Of a stretch of 64,000 bases of DNA, positions 10,704-23,076 are shown in pieces. This DNA is from Perkinsela sp. CCAP 1560/9. Lineage: Eukaryota; Protista; Euglenozoa: Kinetoplastea. The stretch covers positions 124,001 to 188,000 of the forward strand of contig CBFFSA010000019.1 of NCBI GenBank assembly GCA_965644495.1, in the 5' to 3' direction. The notes beneath the pieces are model-generated. The model ran no database searches and was not told the DNA's origin. It was given only the letters and a program-made list of their open reading frames with translations. The number at the start of each line of letters is the position of its first letter. Positions within the stretch are counted from its first letter, which is position 1. The position numbers were made by a program, and so were the translations under genes.

Positions 10704-11771
10704 ATGAAACCCACCCTATCTCGCGCCTTCCCTCGCTTCCCCTCCCCTTCCCCCACCGTCTTTTCCCCCCCAACAATGCGTCTCCCCTCTCCTCTCACAC
10801 GCCTTTCCCCTTCCCTCCCCCCCAACCGTTTCTTCCCCGCTCTCTCCTCCCTCCCCTCCACGACCCAACCCCAACGCCCCTCCCCCACAACCCCCCTCCC
10901 CCCAGCCTCCCGACCCCAAATCTTCGTCTCTCCCCCCCGCTTCTTCCCCCACCCCTCCCCCCTCCGACCCAAACCCTCCCCTCTCTTCACCTCCCCCACC
11001 CGAGCCCTCTCCGCCTCCCCCTCTCCCCTTTTCCTCCGTTTCCCCAACACCGAACCCCACCGTGAGCTTCAAAATATCTATTCCCCCGTGAGTAGTAGCA
11101 GCAGCCGTAGCCGTTCTTCTCCGTATGACGACAACAACAACGACCTCCCCCCCCACCTCCGCTCCCACCTCACCCGGGTCTACCTCCTACTCGCCTCCGG
11201 GGTCCTGGCCTCCGCCCTCGGGGCCGCCCTGATGCTCTTCACCCCGCTGTCGAAAGCCCTCCCCTTCTACCTCCCCCTGCTCGGGGCCTTTGTCCCGCTT
11301 CTCTGGCTCAGCTTCGCCCCCCCCGCGAACCCGAACCTCAAACTCGCGCTGTTCTTTCTCTTCTGCGGGCTGGAGGGGATGGGGCTGGCCCCGGTCGTGG
11401 GGGTCTCCGCGGCCAGCGGGGTGTTGTTCTCTGCGCTGTTTTTAACGTTTGCGGTTTTTGCGGGGTTCAGTGCGGCCGCGTTCCTGGCCCCCCAGGGAGG
11501 GTTGTTAGCGTTCCAGGGCCCGCTGTTTGCGATGCTGCTGGGGTTTGTCGGGTTGTCGTTTCTGCAGCTGGCTTGGCCGAGCGCGTTTGCGCACTCGTTG
11601 TTGCTGTATGGGGGACTGGGGTTGTTTAGCGCGCTGGTGGCGGTGGATACGCAGGCGATGATGGAGAGGGCACGGTGTGGGGTGGGGGATGCGGTGCAGG
11701 ATGCGATGGGGTTGTTTTTGAATATGGTGAATATTTTTGTGAGGTTGAGTCAGATTTTGAGAGGGGATTGA
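10704..11771 (+). CDS. Bax inhibitor-1 (TMBIM) family membrane protein with Pro/Ser-rich N-terminal extension
   Basis: HLTRVYLLL start of TM region, multiple TM helices, VDTQ...D.V.DA..LFL..VNIFVR C-terminal signature. Confidence 0.88.
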   Translation: MKPTLSRAFPRFPSPSPTVFSPPTMRLPSPLTRLSPSLPPNRFFPALSSLPSTTQPQRPSPTTPLPPASRPQIFVSPPRFFPHPSPLRPKPSPLFTSPTRALSASPSPLFLRFPNTEPHRELQNIYSPVSSSSSRSRSSPYDDNNNDLPPHLRSHLTRVYLLLASGVLASALGAALMLFTPLSKALPFYLPLLGAFVPLLWLSFAPPANPNLKLALFFLFCGLEGMGLAPVVGVSAASGVLFSALFLTFAVFAGFSAAAFLAPQGGLLAFQGPLFAMLLGFVGLSFLQLAWPSAFAHSLLLYGGLGLFSALVAVDTQAMMERARCGVGDAVQDAMGLFLNMVNIFVRLSQILRGD

Positions 11772-12049
11772 GGGGGGAGGGGGGGTTGTGGTGAATCCAT
11801 GTGGGGGGATAGTGATTCATGTTAAAAAGGTGGGGATAAGAGAGAAAAAGGGTAAGCGCTTTTGTTGGATACTCATGTTTTTTGTCGCTCCCGGCATTTC
11901 GTTTTCAGCAGATTGGAGTACATGGGGTGTTGTAAAGTGTGGGATGATTTATAACGCTTCGTGTTGTACATTTTGTAGATTGGCTAGCCAACGGATCCGC
12001 ATTTCACTTTTACGCGAAAGGGTAGGCAAGCCATGTTCTTGTTTTCTTT

Positions 12050-14597
12050 CAGGGGAAAACTTTAAAAACTTTATTATAGTACTTTTATAGTACTATAAAC
12101 TTTTAAATACTATATACAAAAAAAGGCGGCAAATGAAAAAAAGGCGGCAAGGTTCTTCGCTAGGGGAACGAGATCTCTTGAATGCTGCAAAAATTAGAAA
12201 AAAAGGATAAAAAAAATGGCATTTGCCAGGCCAGGGGCACACTTCTGTCCATGGGTGTATAAAACCTTATTTTTTTTTGTTCTCAGAAATGCCAAATAAG
12301 CGACGGAACGACGAAAGCCAGGCGGAATTTGTTGCTTCACACTTTGTTAAAATTAGTGATACGAACAATTTCGAATGCCAAGTCTGCGAAGTAGGCGCGA
12401 AAAGAACCTTTTTTTGCGAAAAGGGGATTCGTGTCTCCTACTCCTCGGCACTCACGCACTTGAAAAAAAGTCATAACCTAAATTTTGAGGAGTGGTTACA
12501 AAGCACTCAGCGCCAAAAACGTGTGGAACAAGGATCTTTGGATGCCTTCACCGTGAGACCACAATTATAGGAATTTGAGCGACTCCTCCTTTGGAAAAGC
12601 GATCATGGGGTTAGCAATGCTGCTTTGCAAGACCCAAACCTTAAGTGGCTTCTTACAAAGGGACTGCGCTGCGTCCCTGGGGAAAGATTAACAACTTACT
12701 CATTGATCTGAAGGATAAGTTGCGGTTGGAAATGTGTGCTCACGTGCGTGGCAGTTTTGTTAGCATGGCTATGGACTCGGGTACGATTCATGGAAGAACT
12801 ACGTCTGCCATATGCATTTTGCACGATGGGCAGGCTTTTACATGGAACGTAGTAGAAATGGTGGATGGCTGTACTGCTAGTGCATATAACGCGCTCCTTG
12901 GTACCGTAGTGTCCGAGCTGAAGCAAATGCATGTTACTGTGGTGCACATCGTATCCGGCGCTGGTTCTGCGATCAAAAAAGCCGTGCGGGAGTTTACGAA
13001 AGCAGGCAACATGATTGGGAGCCTATCCACGGCTCACGCATTGCAATTGGTAATGGAGCAAGTCTTGACTCTAGGAAAAAAAGATGATATCCTTGAAATA
13101 GCTTCTCGTTGTCCTACGTTTCGAGCTCCAGTACCCACCAGGTGGTGGTCCTCGCTAAATGAAGTGCAGCAAGTAATAAAATGTTCCAACTGGAATGATT
13201 ACACCCAAAAAGGTATCTTGCAGGAGTGGGACAAACGGTTTGAAATGTACCAGGTCGTGGGTCGGCTGTTAGAAAGAAACGACTGTACTATTGGCGCTGC
13301 GCTCCGACTATGGTTAGCTCTCACAGCCAAAGCAGAAGAAGGCCACAAAGTTCACTTGAATGATCGTCTTATTCGCGTGATGTCCGCGCATTTGCTTTGC
13401 GGAGTTCTGTCGCCTGCAGTGAAGTGGGGGACAATATCTACTTCGATTAAAAAACGTCTTCATGAGACTTGTGTGCCACTCGTTCTCTCGCTCAGTTCCG
13501 ATATGCCAAGTGTGACGCACAGTAGTATTTGGTCCGAATTTAATAGTTGGTTCCTGGATAGTTGTTTATTGGATGAACGCGCTATGGTTCGCAGTGCTCA
13601 AGGAAAAAGTGCTTTCGCCGGATTTTGGGGGAACTTTGTTGTTGTGGACAAAGTGCCTCACTTGGCACATGCTGCTCAAAAGGTTGCTGTAGCATGCGCC
13701 TCTGAAGCTGCGTGTGAACGACTTTTCAGTTCGACGTCTTTTATCCATAGTGATCTGCGGGCTCGCCTGAGGCAAGACTTGGTTGAAGCAGAATCAGCCA
13801 TACGATGTCGGGTTAAATCTACGATCGATATATCGAAAGTCGAAACCGGTGAAACTGGGGATAATACTGGCTGCCCGTTCTTTTCTCTTTTATTTAACGA
13901 TTGTATGTCCTCAAGCGAAGTTGAACAGATCGAATCACTCTACGACGCAGGAGACATGTGCGCCCACATGGCCTTGACAAATCGCCCATTTTGCGTACGT
14001 CATAACGGCACGACATATTACAATGCCAGAGTTGTTCGCTACGGCAACAATCAATTAAAGGAAATAAAATGCACAGAAAGTCAATCTTCCAATTCGCGGC
14101 AGGTTTCTCTGGTAGTCGCATCCATTTATGGTGATTTCACCGTTGCTTCATATCAGGAATGATCTTATGTTGAATTCGAAAGATGTTATTGGATTGGAAG
14201 ATACGATTCATCATGGGCTTTTTTAAACGATACACACGTGGGTTTTTTCCGCCGGTTCTTCCCATTCGCCTTGTTTTTTCCTTGTTTCCTTGTTTTGTTA
14301 AATATACATTGTATGTATTTACATGTTTTGATTTCTTTCCACTTTTTATTGCGCGCTATTTTTTTATAACGTATTGTCAAACGCATGCTAGACAGAAGCG
14401 CAAGTGCTTAATGTGCACTTGTCATAATCACCGCATTTATACACGGGGGGAGAAGAGTAGGAAAATAAATAAAGTTTTTCAAACACTTTAAAGTATTTAT
14501 AGTACTATAAATGGCATTTATAGTACTATAATTTTTTTTTGAAATACTATAAACTATATGAACTATAAAAAACTATATAAAGTTCTAGGGACCCCTG
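12050..14597 (+). mobile_element. hAT DNA transposon
   Basis: CAGGGG termini, perfect 8-bp TSD TTTTCTTT (12042-49 and 14598-605), subterminal TATAGTACTATA repeats. Confidence 0.9.
12289..14162 (+). pseudogene. hAT transposase with BED finger, disrupted
   Basis: CQVC...HLKKSH BED finger, AMDSGT, AHALQL, PTRWWS, SEAACERLFS...R.RL dimerisation motif; stop at 12568-70 plus a frameshift. Confidence 0.85.
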
Positions 14598-14829
14598 TTT
14601 TCTTTCTTTGCAGTATGTTCGCACGTTTGAACCTTATAAAGTTTGGAGAAATGCAACGAAACGCATGTGAATGCAGCTCAACAAACTTGAAAAACTAAAA
14701 AAGAATAATCAAGAGGAATATAGTAAGTGACAAGCTCTTTCATTGTACTCTTCTCAATATCCAAAAGTGTGTCTCTACTGTGTGGGTTTTTCTTTTCTTT
14801 TAATCTTTTTCTGTTGTACCCTTTCCGAA

Positions 14830-15699
14830 ATGGATTCAGCTTCGTTGATGGAGCCTTCTCCCAAGAAACGCAAGGCAACCCCTCAAGACAGCGCCAATCG
14901 GATTCCTTCCAATACTTCAATCGTCTCCTCAACTCTTGGTAAAGTCCGCAGCGCTTCGTTACCCCAAGAATACGAGCTCGCACGATTTGTTCAGGACGTT
15001 GAACTAAACAGTGAATTTCAGAAAACCTGGAGCACGCATGTTCCAGCCTGTCAGTGGGCTCATGTTTCCTGCGAACCTAACACTCATCAGGTAGAAATGC
15101 TTTTGTGGGAAGCATTATCACTTTCCGGTACCCTACACTGGAAATATATGCCGACCTCCCTCTCCGTCGTCGATCTTTCTATCAATGAGTTTAACGGGAA
15201 AGTTGCATTCTCGTTATTAGCCCCTGAACTAACAGAAATTTACTTTACTCAGAATCATTTTGAGGGAGGCTTAAAATTGAAATCATTGCCTGCGTCAACC
15301 AAGCACTTTTGCGCCTCTTACAATGCTTTTTCGGGTGGTATTTCTTTGAGCAATCTTCCACAAGAATTGCGTACTCTGTCATTGGAACGCAATCAACTTA
15401 CCGGTGAAGTCGATTTTTGTCACCTTCCACGTTATCTGAAATCGCTTGACCTCAGTGGCAATTTGTTTGAGGGAACACTCGACATAAATCACCTTTCATC
15501 TTCGTTGAAAATACTTTTTCTTGGTCTAAATAATTTCAGTGGTCGTGTTGATGTGAACTGTCTTCGCGTGGAAAAATTGACTGTTGACTCTGCAATCGGC
15601 CTTGATGGCCTTGAGCAAAGCAGATACCGTTTGGAAAATTTTATACTTGCAACAACCGGTGCTCCTATGAGTACACTGCACAGACTTCACAGCAATTAA
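14830..15699 (+). CDS. LRR protein
   Basis: GKVRSASLPQEYELARF, PACQW..V.C cap, ~7 LRRs. Confidence 0.85.
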   Translation: MDSASLMEPSPKKRKATPQDSANRIPSNTSIVSSTLGKVRSASLPQEYELARFVQDVELNSEFQKTWSTHVPACQWAHVSCEPNTHQVEMLLWEALSLSGTLHWKYMPTSLSVVDLSINEFNGKVAFSLLAPELTEIYFTQNHFEGGLKLKSLPASTKHFCASYNAFSGGISLSNLPQELRTLSLERNQLTGEVDFCHLPRYLKSLDLSGNLFEGTLDINHLSSSLKILFLGLNNFSGRVDVNCLRVEKLTVDSAIGLDGLEQSRYRLENFILATTGAPMSTLHRLHSN

Positions 15700-16122
15700 A
15701 GATACCCTTTAGAAACGTCTCCTGTCTTTAAATCCTCTCTTTTTTGAGTTTTTTTACTCCTTTCTTTTGGGTTTTTTCCAATTCTTTTCTTGCTTATGCC
15801 TTTTTCGTCTCCTTTTTATTTCAGCTATATCTCCCTTCCAGATCTTCACCAACTATTTTTGCTTTTCTTTGCTATTATATTTTTTCTAGATTGCCTCCTT
15901 TTTTCGAGTATACATACAGTATAGTTGAAGAAACCCCAGTTTTGCATCAAAGTTTGTCTCTCTTTTACAAGAAACAACACATTCAGAAACCTTTTTCTTT
16001 TTAAACCTTTTTCTTTTTAAACCTTTTTCTTTTGCCCTCTTGCCTTTCTTCTTCCCTCTCCCCTCCCCCCCCCTCTCCTACCCTGTGTACCTAATGTCAT
16101 TCAATATCCATTGTAAAGTTTT

Positions 16123-16527
16123 AGTAAGTGAAACGCAGATCTTTAGAGGATAAACACTCTGAAAAATTTACTTTCCACAACATTTTTTCATCTTTTTGCC
16201 CCATATTCTCAAATCGTACTCCATTTTACCCCCTTAGACCCCATTCCCACTCTCCTACCTGTCCATTCCTTACCCCTCTACCATTTTATTTTCACCTCTA
16301 ACACCAACCTCTCAACCTTTACTCTACCCAAAAGATCTACTCTTTTTTAACTCTCCACCACTTTCTTCACCTACGCTATCCGATCACAACACCCCCTATC
16401 CGATACACCCCCCTATCTACATCTACCCCCCCCCCCATGTCCTCCCTCCTCCGCTCCCTCCTCTCCCTTCTCACCCCTACCCCACCCCCAGGCGCCCCTA
16501 CAGCCCCCCCCCACCCCCTCCCCCTCT
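16123..16527 (+). repeat. Diverged partial duplicate of the SNF7 upstream region and first ~28 codons
   Basis: MSSLLRSLLSLLTPTPPPGAPTAPP present at 16437 and 16786, with matching upstream sequence. Confidence 0.8.
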
Positions 16528-16785
16528 TACCCCTTGTACCTACAAATGCCATTCAATATTCACTGTCTTCTTCTGTGCTTCTTCTTCTTCTTCTTCTTCC
16601 TCTTCCTCTTCAATATCCACTGTAGTAAGTGAAACGCAGATCAGAGGATAAATACTCTGAAAGCTTTACTTTCCACAACATTTTTTCACACTTTTTCCCC
16701 ATATTCTCAAATCGTACTCCATTTTACGCCTTAGACTCCATTCGGACTCTCCCCCTCCCGATCTATCTACATCTACCCCCCCCCC

Positions 16786-17595
16786 ATGTCCTCCCTCCTC
16801 CGCTCCCTCCTCTCCCTTCTCACCCCTACCCCACCCCCAGGCGCCCCTACAGCCCCCCCCACCCCCCCTCCCCCCTCCCTGGACGAGCAGTGCAGCCTCA
16901 TCGAGAAGCGACAGGCCGTGCTGGAGACCCAAATCGCCGCGGAGCACCAGAAGGCCAAGGAGGCGCTCGCGGCGGGGAACAAGACCACCGCCTCGGCCGC
17001 GCTGCACCGGCGGCAGATCTACGAGGCCCAGCTGCGGAAGCTGCAGGCCCAGGCGATGGGGCTGGAGCGGATGAGGCTCGCGGTGGAGGAGACCCAGATG
17101 AACGCGGAGGTGTTCAAGGCCCAGCGCCTGGCGGCCGCGGATCTGGCCAAGCTGCAGGCGGAGATGGACCCGGGCGCCGTGGAGGAGGACGTGGAGCGCG
17201 TGCGGGAGTTAATGGAGAGGACCACGGAGGTGAGTGAGGCGTTGGGGGCGGCGGGGGTGGCGTTGGGGGAGGGGGGGGTGGATGAGGAGGGGGTGGAGAA
17301 TGAGCTCGCGGCACTGGAGAAGGAGTTGTTGTTGGAGAAACTTGCGGGGGTGCGGGTGGGGGAGGCGTCGTTGTCGCCGCATGGGATGGTGGGGCTTGGG
17401 GAGGGGGGAAGCGAGGGGGTGGGGGAGTCGGTGGGAAGTGGGCTGCGTATGGGGTCCGGTGCGAGGGTAGAGAGCAGTCCCCGACGTGGGGTCACGCCGC
17501 ACCGAGGTGTCGTAGGGGTAGAGACGCAGGCGCTGCGGCGGTATGAAGACACACAAGAGGAGTTGGAGGCTTTGGAACGGGAGTTAAATGCGTAG
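16786..17595 (+). CDS. SNF7/CHMP (ESCRT-III) family protein
   Basis: Coiled coil with GNKTTASAALHRRQIYEAQL, V..DVE...E.ME...EVSEAL, DEE..ENELAALE. Confidence 0.85.
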   Translation: MSSLLRSLLSLLTPTPPPGAPTAPPTPPPPSLDEQCSLIEKRQAVLETQIAAEHQKAKEALAAGNKTTASAALHRRQIYEAQLRKLQAQAMGLERMRLAVEETQMNAEVFKAQRLAAADLAKLQAEMDPGAVEEDVERVRELMERTTEVSEALGAAGVALGEGGVDEEGVENELAALEKELLLEKLAGVRVGEASLSPHGMVGLGEGGSEGVGESVGSGLRMGSGARVESSPRRGVTPHRGVVGVETQALRRYEDTQEELEALERELNA

Positions 17596-17851
17596 GTTTC
17601 GCTAATCTTTGTCTTCTTTGGACGGAGGTACTGTTGTTCGTTCGAAAGTATTGCGTACAATGGTTGAAAATTCGTGTCCTCATCTAGATTTTTAAATTTT
17701 TTTAGAACGAATCTGCGCTCGTAGTGGTCATTACAGAATTGACAAATAAATGTTGTAGACGTGATACAATCACTCCTCCCCTTTTACAATTATTTCTCAA
17801 CAAAAGCAAGAATATGTTCTTCCCAACTGGTTCGTTAAAATGCTATGATGG

Positions 17852-18617
17852 TTTACAAAGTGGGACCACGAGAACCGTGAGCCCTGCCCTGAAAACCTTC
17901 ACTGCATTTTAACAAACTAAGGGAGGAATGTTCACCATTTTTCCCTCGTAAACCGTTTTCTTGCACAAAAATGTTTGGGTACGTCCCTCACATGCAACAA
18001 AAATGAGCAAAGCCGAATTTTTCTACACTTTTAAATCAAAGATCCGAATTTAAATCTATCTAATATCTTTTTTTGTTGTTTTTAATTTTGAACCATCCGA
18101 ATTCACTACTAGGAACGGGTGTGCCAGTTTCCCTGACGGCCTCACAGTAAGGACTCAGACAGGCCTGCGGTCTGGAGGACCGACCCGGAACCTGGCACCA
18201 GCTCCCGTTCCCGACGTGGTCCTCAAACACGTCCGAGCCATCTTGGACAAGCGAAAACTGGTAGAGGCGTTAGGATCTCGCATCCCCAATCATCTGTGAG
18301 GGGCCTGGCTTGTCACCCTTGAAAGAGGGCGGCAACTTCCCAAAAAAAACTTTTCAGGAGGTACAACCTCCTGGGGGGGCCAGCGGCCAGCCCGGTGTTC
18401 TTCCTTCATGATCGTTTACAAAATGGGATCACGAGAACCGTGAGCCCCGCCCTGAAAACCTTCACTGCGTTTTAACGAACTAGGGAAAGAATGTCCACCA
18501 TTTTTCCTTCGTAAATCGTTTTTTTTTTCACGAAAATGGTTGAGCCCATCCCTCACATGTAACAAAATGTGAGCAAAACCGAATATTTCGACACTTTTGA
18601 ACCAGAGATCCGAATTT
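17852..18617 (+). repeat. Diverged ~200-bp direct repeats (17852-18050, 18414-18617) around a GC-rich segment ending in A8
   Basis: TTTACAAA.TGGGA.CACGAGAACCGTGAGCCC... occurs twice. Confidence 0.6.
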
Positions 18618-21279
18618 GGGCTGTTTTGTAGGGTTTCGCTAGGTTTCTGAGAAGATTCACATCTCCCATGTAAGCACACGACTCTTCTCCATTTCCTTCT
18701 GATCCCCTCCTTTTCTTCTGATCCCTAAGTTACGCTTGAGGTTGATACCGCACCATGTATCTTTGGGACGCGCGTCTTCTTCATATTCGGTAGTTTGGCG
18801 CGGGGAAAGTTACCATAAATTGTACAAGCTACCATAAATTGTACAAGCTACCATAAATTGTACAAGTTACCACAAATTGTACGCGAAAACTGGGTTTTCG
18901 AAAGTAACCATAAATTGTACAAGTTACCATAAATTGTACAATTTACAATAATTAAATAAATTGTACAGAATTTACGCATGTCCAATGAGGAGGTTTTGTT
19001 CTGGGAATAAAAATATACAGAAAATCTTACTAAAATTACTGCACATATCACTAAAATTACTGTACATATCAGGAAACCAAAAAAAAAGAGAACGGGGAGA
19101 AGGTGTTATAGAGGGGTAAACTACTAAATACGGCTTCGCAAATTGCTCACGCGGGCCCTCGCCGTTTTCCGGCCGCGCGCACCCCCGCGCGGCCAAAAAT
19201 GAGTACTAAAATTTGTTGTCAAGGTAGTTGGGCTTCATAACGGTAGGAGGGCTTTTGCCTCCACACGTGGGCTTCGCATAAAGATGGTCTTGCCTCCGGA
19301 AGAGTAAACTAGAGACATTTAAATGGAAAGTGCGTAATCCACCCATTTTCCTCTTTTTTAATGTTGATAGAGCTACATTTGTATGTCATGAGTGTTGTAG
19401 TTACTCGAACAAGGTCTTAGTTTTTTGGACTTATCCTGTGCAATTTATGGTTACTTTCTCACGGCTTGCACCCCCCCCCCCTGAAAGTGCCGGAAAAAAT
19501 CACCTTTCATAAGTTGCGCCACTTTTTTGTCAAGTTCTTATTTGACTCAAAGTGTCATATGCGGGTGAGATTGGACCTCAAAGAGTCGGCCATGTCTCTA
19601 ATTCGTTGACGGGTCAACCAAATGGCTGCCACTTCGTTGACAGTAAATCCGACTGTCAACGACGTGTTTGGTTGACCCGTCAACGAAGTAGAGACGTACC
19701 CAAAGTGGGTGGAAGTCAAGGACTTTTGCATAAGTCAAGGACTTTTGCGGAACACCCAAGAATTTTTTTTGATTTTCATTTTCCGTGCGTTCAGTATCCT
19801 ACACTTCACTACATACGTTGACAACGCCTGCGTAGCGAAAACTACGAAATTCAGTGAGCTTCGCAAATTGCTTCCCACTAACGACGCACAGGGGAATCCT
19901 ACGCGGGAAACGGCTCAGGCCCGCTCACGCGGGCCCTCGCCGTTTCGCGGCCGCGCGCACCCCCGCTCACGCGGGGGCCCCCGCGCGGCCAAAATGGGTA
20001 CTAAAATTTGTTATCAAGGTAGTTGGGCTTCGCAAATTGCTTCCCATGAATCTAGAGAGAAGCACACGTACAATAATTGCACGATTTTTGCTTCCGTTTG
20101 TAAGTCAAGGACTTTTTCACAAGTCAAGGACTTTTGCATAAGTCAAGGACTTTTGTGACACCCAAGATTTTTTTTAGATTTTCATTTTCCATGCGCCAAG
20201 CAAGCCCGGTCCGTGAGCTAGCTTATGAGTATATATAATAGTAGCGTAGCTCGCAAAGTAGTTTTTGGCAATATACTTTTTGAAGAATCTGCATGCCTGC
20301 ATGAGGGGTGACCCTCGTAAAATGGGCGAAAACGGCGAAAAACGACCATTTTTCACGAAATTGTCCAAAAATGGTCATTTTTTGCGGTTTTCAAGGGGTT
20401 ACCCCTTATATGAAAACCGCTCATTCAAAGTTTTGTGAGTACACACGAACAGCTTAAGACCTAAAGAAGGCCCTATGTGATTCCTTTTCAACATCACGCA
20501 CAGTACAGAAATATCGTAAGGTCAACATCGCCGAAAAAAGTATTTTTTTGGCAAAATGTCATGCACATTGTTGCCTCCAAATATTCTCCCCAGGACCCAA
20601 ACCAGGGAGTAATTCGGTAGTATAATGACAGATCTGTATGATGGTGCTATACATGAGTCGCAATCGGTCAAAGTATAGGAATATTGCATAAGTATAGGAA
20701 TATTGCATAGGTATAGGAATATTGCATAACTCTATTTTTGACCCCCCACCCCTTAATATGAGTTTCTTGATTTCGGTAGACAATTATAACCGTTGTATAG
20801 ATCTGCGATTACACTGTCGGGAAACCACCTATTTTTTGTAATTTGAAACAAATTTTTACAAAGTCAAGGGTGGTACATTTCTCGAAAATATACGATTTTT
20901 TTTATTTGTTACGTGCCTCATAGACTTGTATCCCCGGGAAAATGGAATACCGAACATATGGACGCTATAACGTACCCTAATATGTCACTTTGAACTACTT
21001 TTAGTTCAAATGAAGACTTCACATATAAGGGGTGACCCTTCTAAAATGCCCCAAAATGGCCACTTTTCGTGGATTTTGCTTAAAAAAGCCCATTTTCACC
21101 TGTTTTTGGCTACTTTGGCGGGGTCACCCCCTATATACAACTTTTCCATTTTTAGAAAATGTGATGTACGTATATACTTTGGAGTCTCATCTACAAGTAA
21201 AAGGATTTGTAAGATCCAATACAGGTGGGATCTTGCCAGGAGAAATTTTTCAAAAGTTAAAAAAAAGTTAGAGGGGCTC

Positions 21280-21440
21280 TGCAATATTCCTATACTTATG
21301 CAATATTCCTATACTTATGCAATATTCCTATACTTATGCAATATTCCTATACTTATGCAATATTCCTATACTTATGCAATATTCCTATACTTATGCAATA
21401 TTCCTATACTTATGCAATATTCCTATACTTATGCAATATT
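21280..21440. repeat. 19-bp tandem repeat TGCAATATTCCTATACTTA (Merlin subterminal type)
   Basis: About 8 copies; same unit at 20671-20730, 24810-24922 and 26803-26856, variant at 51060-51178. Confidence 0.9.
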
Positions 21441-21540
21441 CCGATACTTCGGAACAGCACATTCACATGCATAAAGTTTTAGGCACGGATTTCAACTTTT
21501 GCCAAAAGTTGGTGCGGGGTGCTATGGGAACTCACCTTTA

Positions 21541-21910
21541 CTCCCGGTGAGGCCCCGGAGTTGCGAGAGGCCTCCATACCCCACAACTACCACCTTCCCC
21601 CCTATTTAGCGGGGGAAATTTTGGGGGAAATGAGAGGCCGAACGCACGGAGGGGCCGGCCGGGCCACTGAGTCACGTGAAAGTGTGACACTCAAAAACTA
21701 AACCTAGATCTTGTTTACCCATCTGCACAACAGAACCGTAAATAGCACGTAAAGATGGTTGGCCGAGGTACCGAATAAATTAACCTTTGCTCCCGGTGAG
21801 GCCCCGGAGTTGCGAGAGGCCTCCATACCCCACAACTACCACCTTCCCCCCCTATTTAGCGGGGGTCGCGCGAGCGACCCCTGATAAATGGGGGGAAGGT
21901 GGTAGTTGTT
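21541..21910. repeat. Dispersed GC-rich repeat with hairpin GGGGTCGCGCGAGCGACCCC
   Basis: CTCCCGGTGAGGCCCCGGAGTTGC... at 21541, 21790, 33329 and 51193. Confidence 0.75.
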
Positions 21911-23040
21911 TTGGGGGAAATGAGAGGCCGAACGCACGGAGGGGCCGGCCGGGCCACTGAGTCACGTGAAAGTGTGACACCCAAAAACTAAACTTAGATC
22001 TTGTTTGCACAACAGAACCGTAAATGTCACGCAAAGATGGTTGGCCGGGGATTGTGGTTTGGCCGCAGGATTGTGTATTTATTTTCCTATGCATTTTCAC
22101 GTTCTTTACCTTTTTGGGGGCAAATTGTGAACGTCGACCAGAAAAGGGGCATTCTAACCACTGTCAACATGGGTAACCAACTTGAAGGTATACAGGATAT
22201 GAAATGAAATAACCTATACTTTCTGCGGGAAGAAATTTCCTTCTGCGTGAAGAAATAACGACGGTACACATGGACACAAAAAAAAACGAGCCTTACTCCG
22301 AGTCACTACTTTCGTCTTCTTCGTCGCGGTAGAAACTAACACCGGCTTGGGGGTACGTTCGTTGAGCTCTCAACGAAAATCCGGATTTTCGTTGAGTACT
22401 CAACGAACGTACCCTGTGACCGTAAAAAATCTGCAGGACCTTAGAGGGAGGAGGAAGAAAGATAGATAGATAGAAATTCAGACCGTTTGTCTCCGTAAAG
22501 ATGTGGTCTCCTACTTCCAGCGTAGGTCGCTGTGCGGGGGTTGATGATCTATGCATCACTGCCAACACGAGAGAGCAGAGCTCTCGACCATACAGGCAGC
22601 CTCCCGACTTAAAGGGACGTAGAGTACACTGAAGTACCCGTTGACCGGCGATCACTAAGTTGTTACCAACTTTGGTTAGTGAGGACCAGTCCCCCGCGCG
22701 CCTTAGTAGAAAGGAGGAAGAAAGGCCCAACTGTGAGCGAAGCCCACGCCTGCAAGCAAGGCCCAACTGTGAGCGAAGCCCACTACTGGTGGCAAAAGCC
22801 CCCGTTTGCGAGCAAGGCCCAACTGTGAGCGTAGCCCTGGGACATAATTATATTTTTTGGCGACCCGCGCGCTCCATGCGGAGGTGGTGGAAATTGGCAC
22901 GGCGGGCGGAGGAGGAGTTGGCATCACGGTCTTCTTTTTCCGGCGGGCAGGAGGGAGCGGCAAAATCTCAGGAGCTACTCCTGATTCTTTTGCTTTGGAG
23001 CGTGTGAACACTCCCATGAAAGGTAAAAAAAGTAAATAAT

Positions 23041-23076
23041 CAACAAGGTACAGAAACTATATCTTTATCGTTAAAG
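23041..23076 (-). other. Spliced-leader exon relic heading a retroposed insert (ORF 23017-22703 follows)
   Basis: Reverse complement CTTTAACGATAAAGATATAGTTTCTGTACCTTGTTG; interrupts an inverted copy (23077-23332) of 19820-20076. Confidence 0.8.

Noticed and set aside
9886-11168. Antisense ORFs over ARL, BI-1 (and similarly SNF7 and LRR genes)
   Set aside because: Shadow frames caused by GC-skewed codon usage.
21280-21440. CRISPR-like or telomeric repeat; ORFs with MQYSYTYAIFLYLCNIPIL repeats
   Set aside because: Spacerless 19-bp Merlin subterminal repeat; the ORFs are repeat translations.
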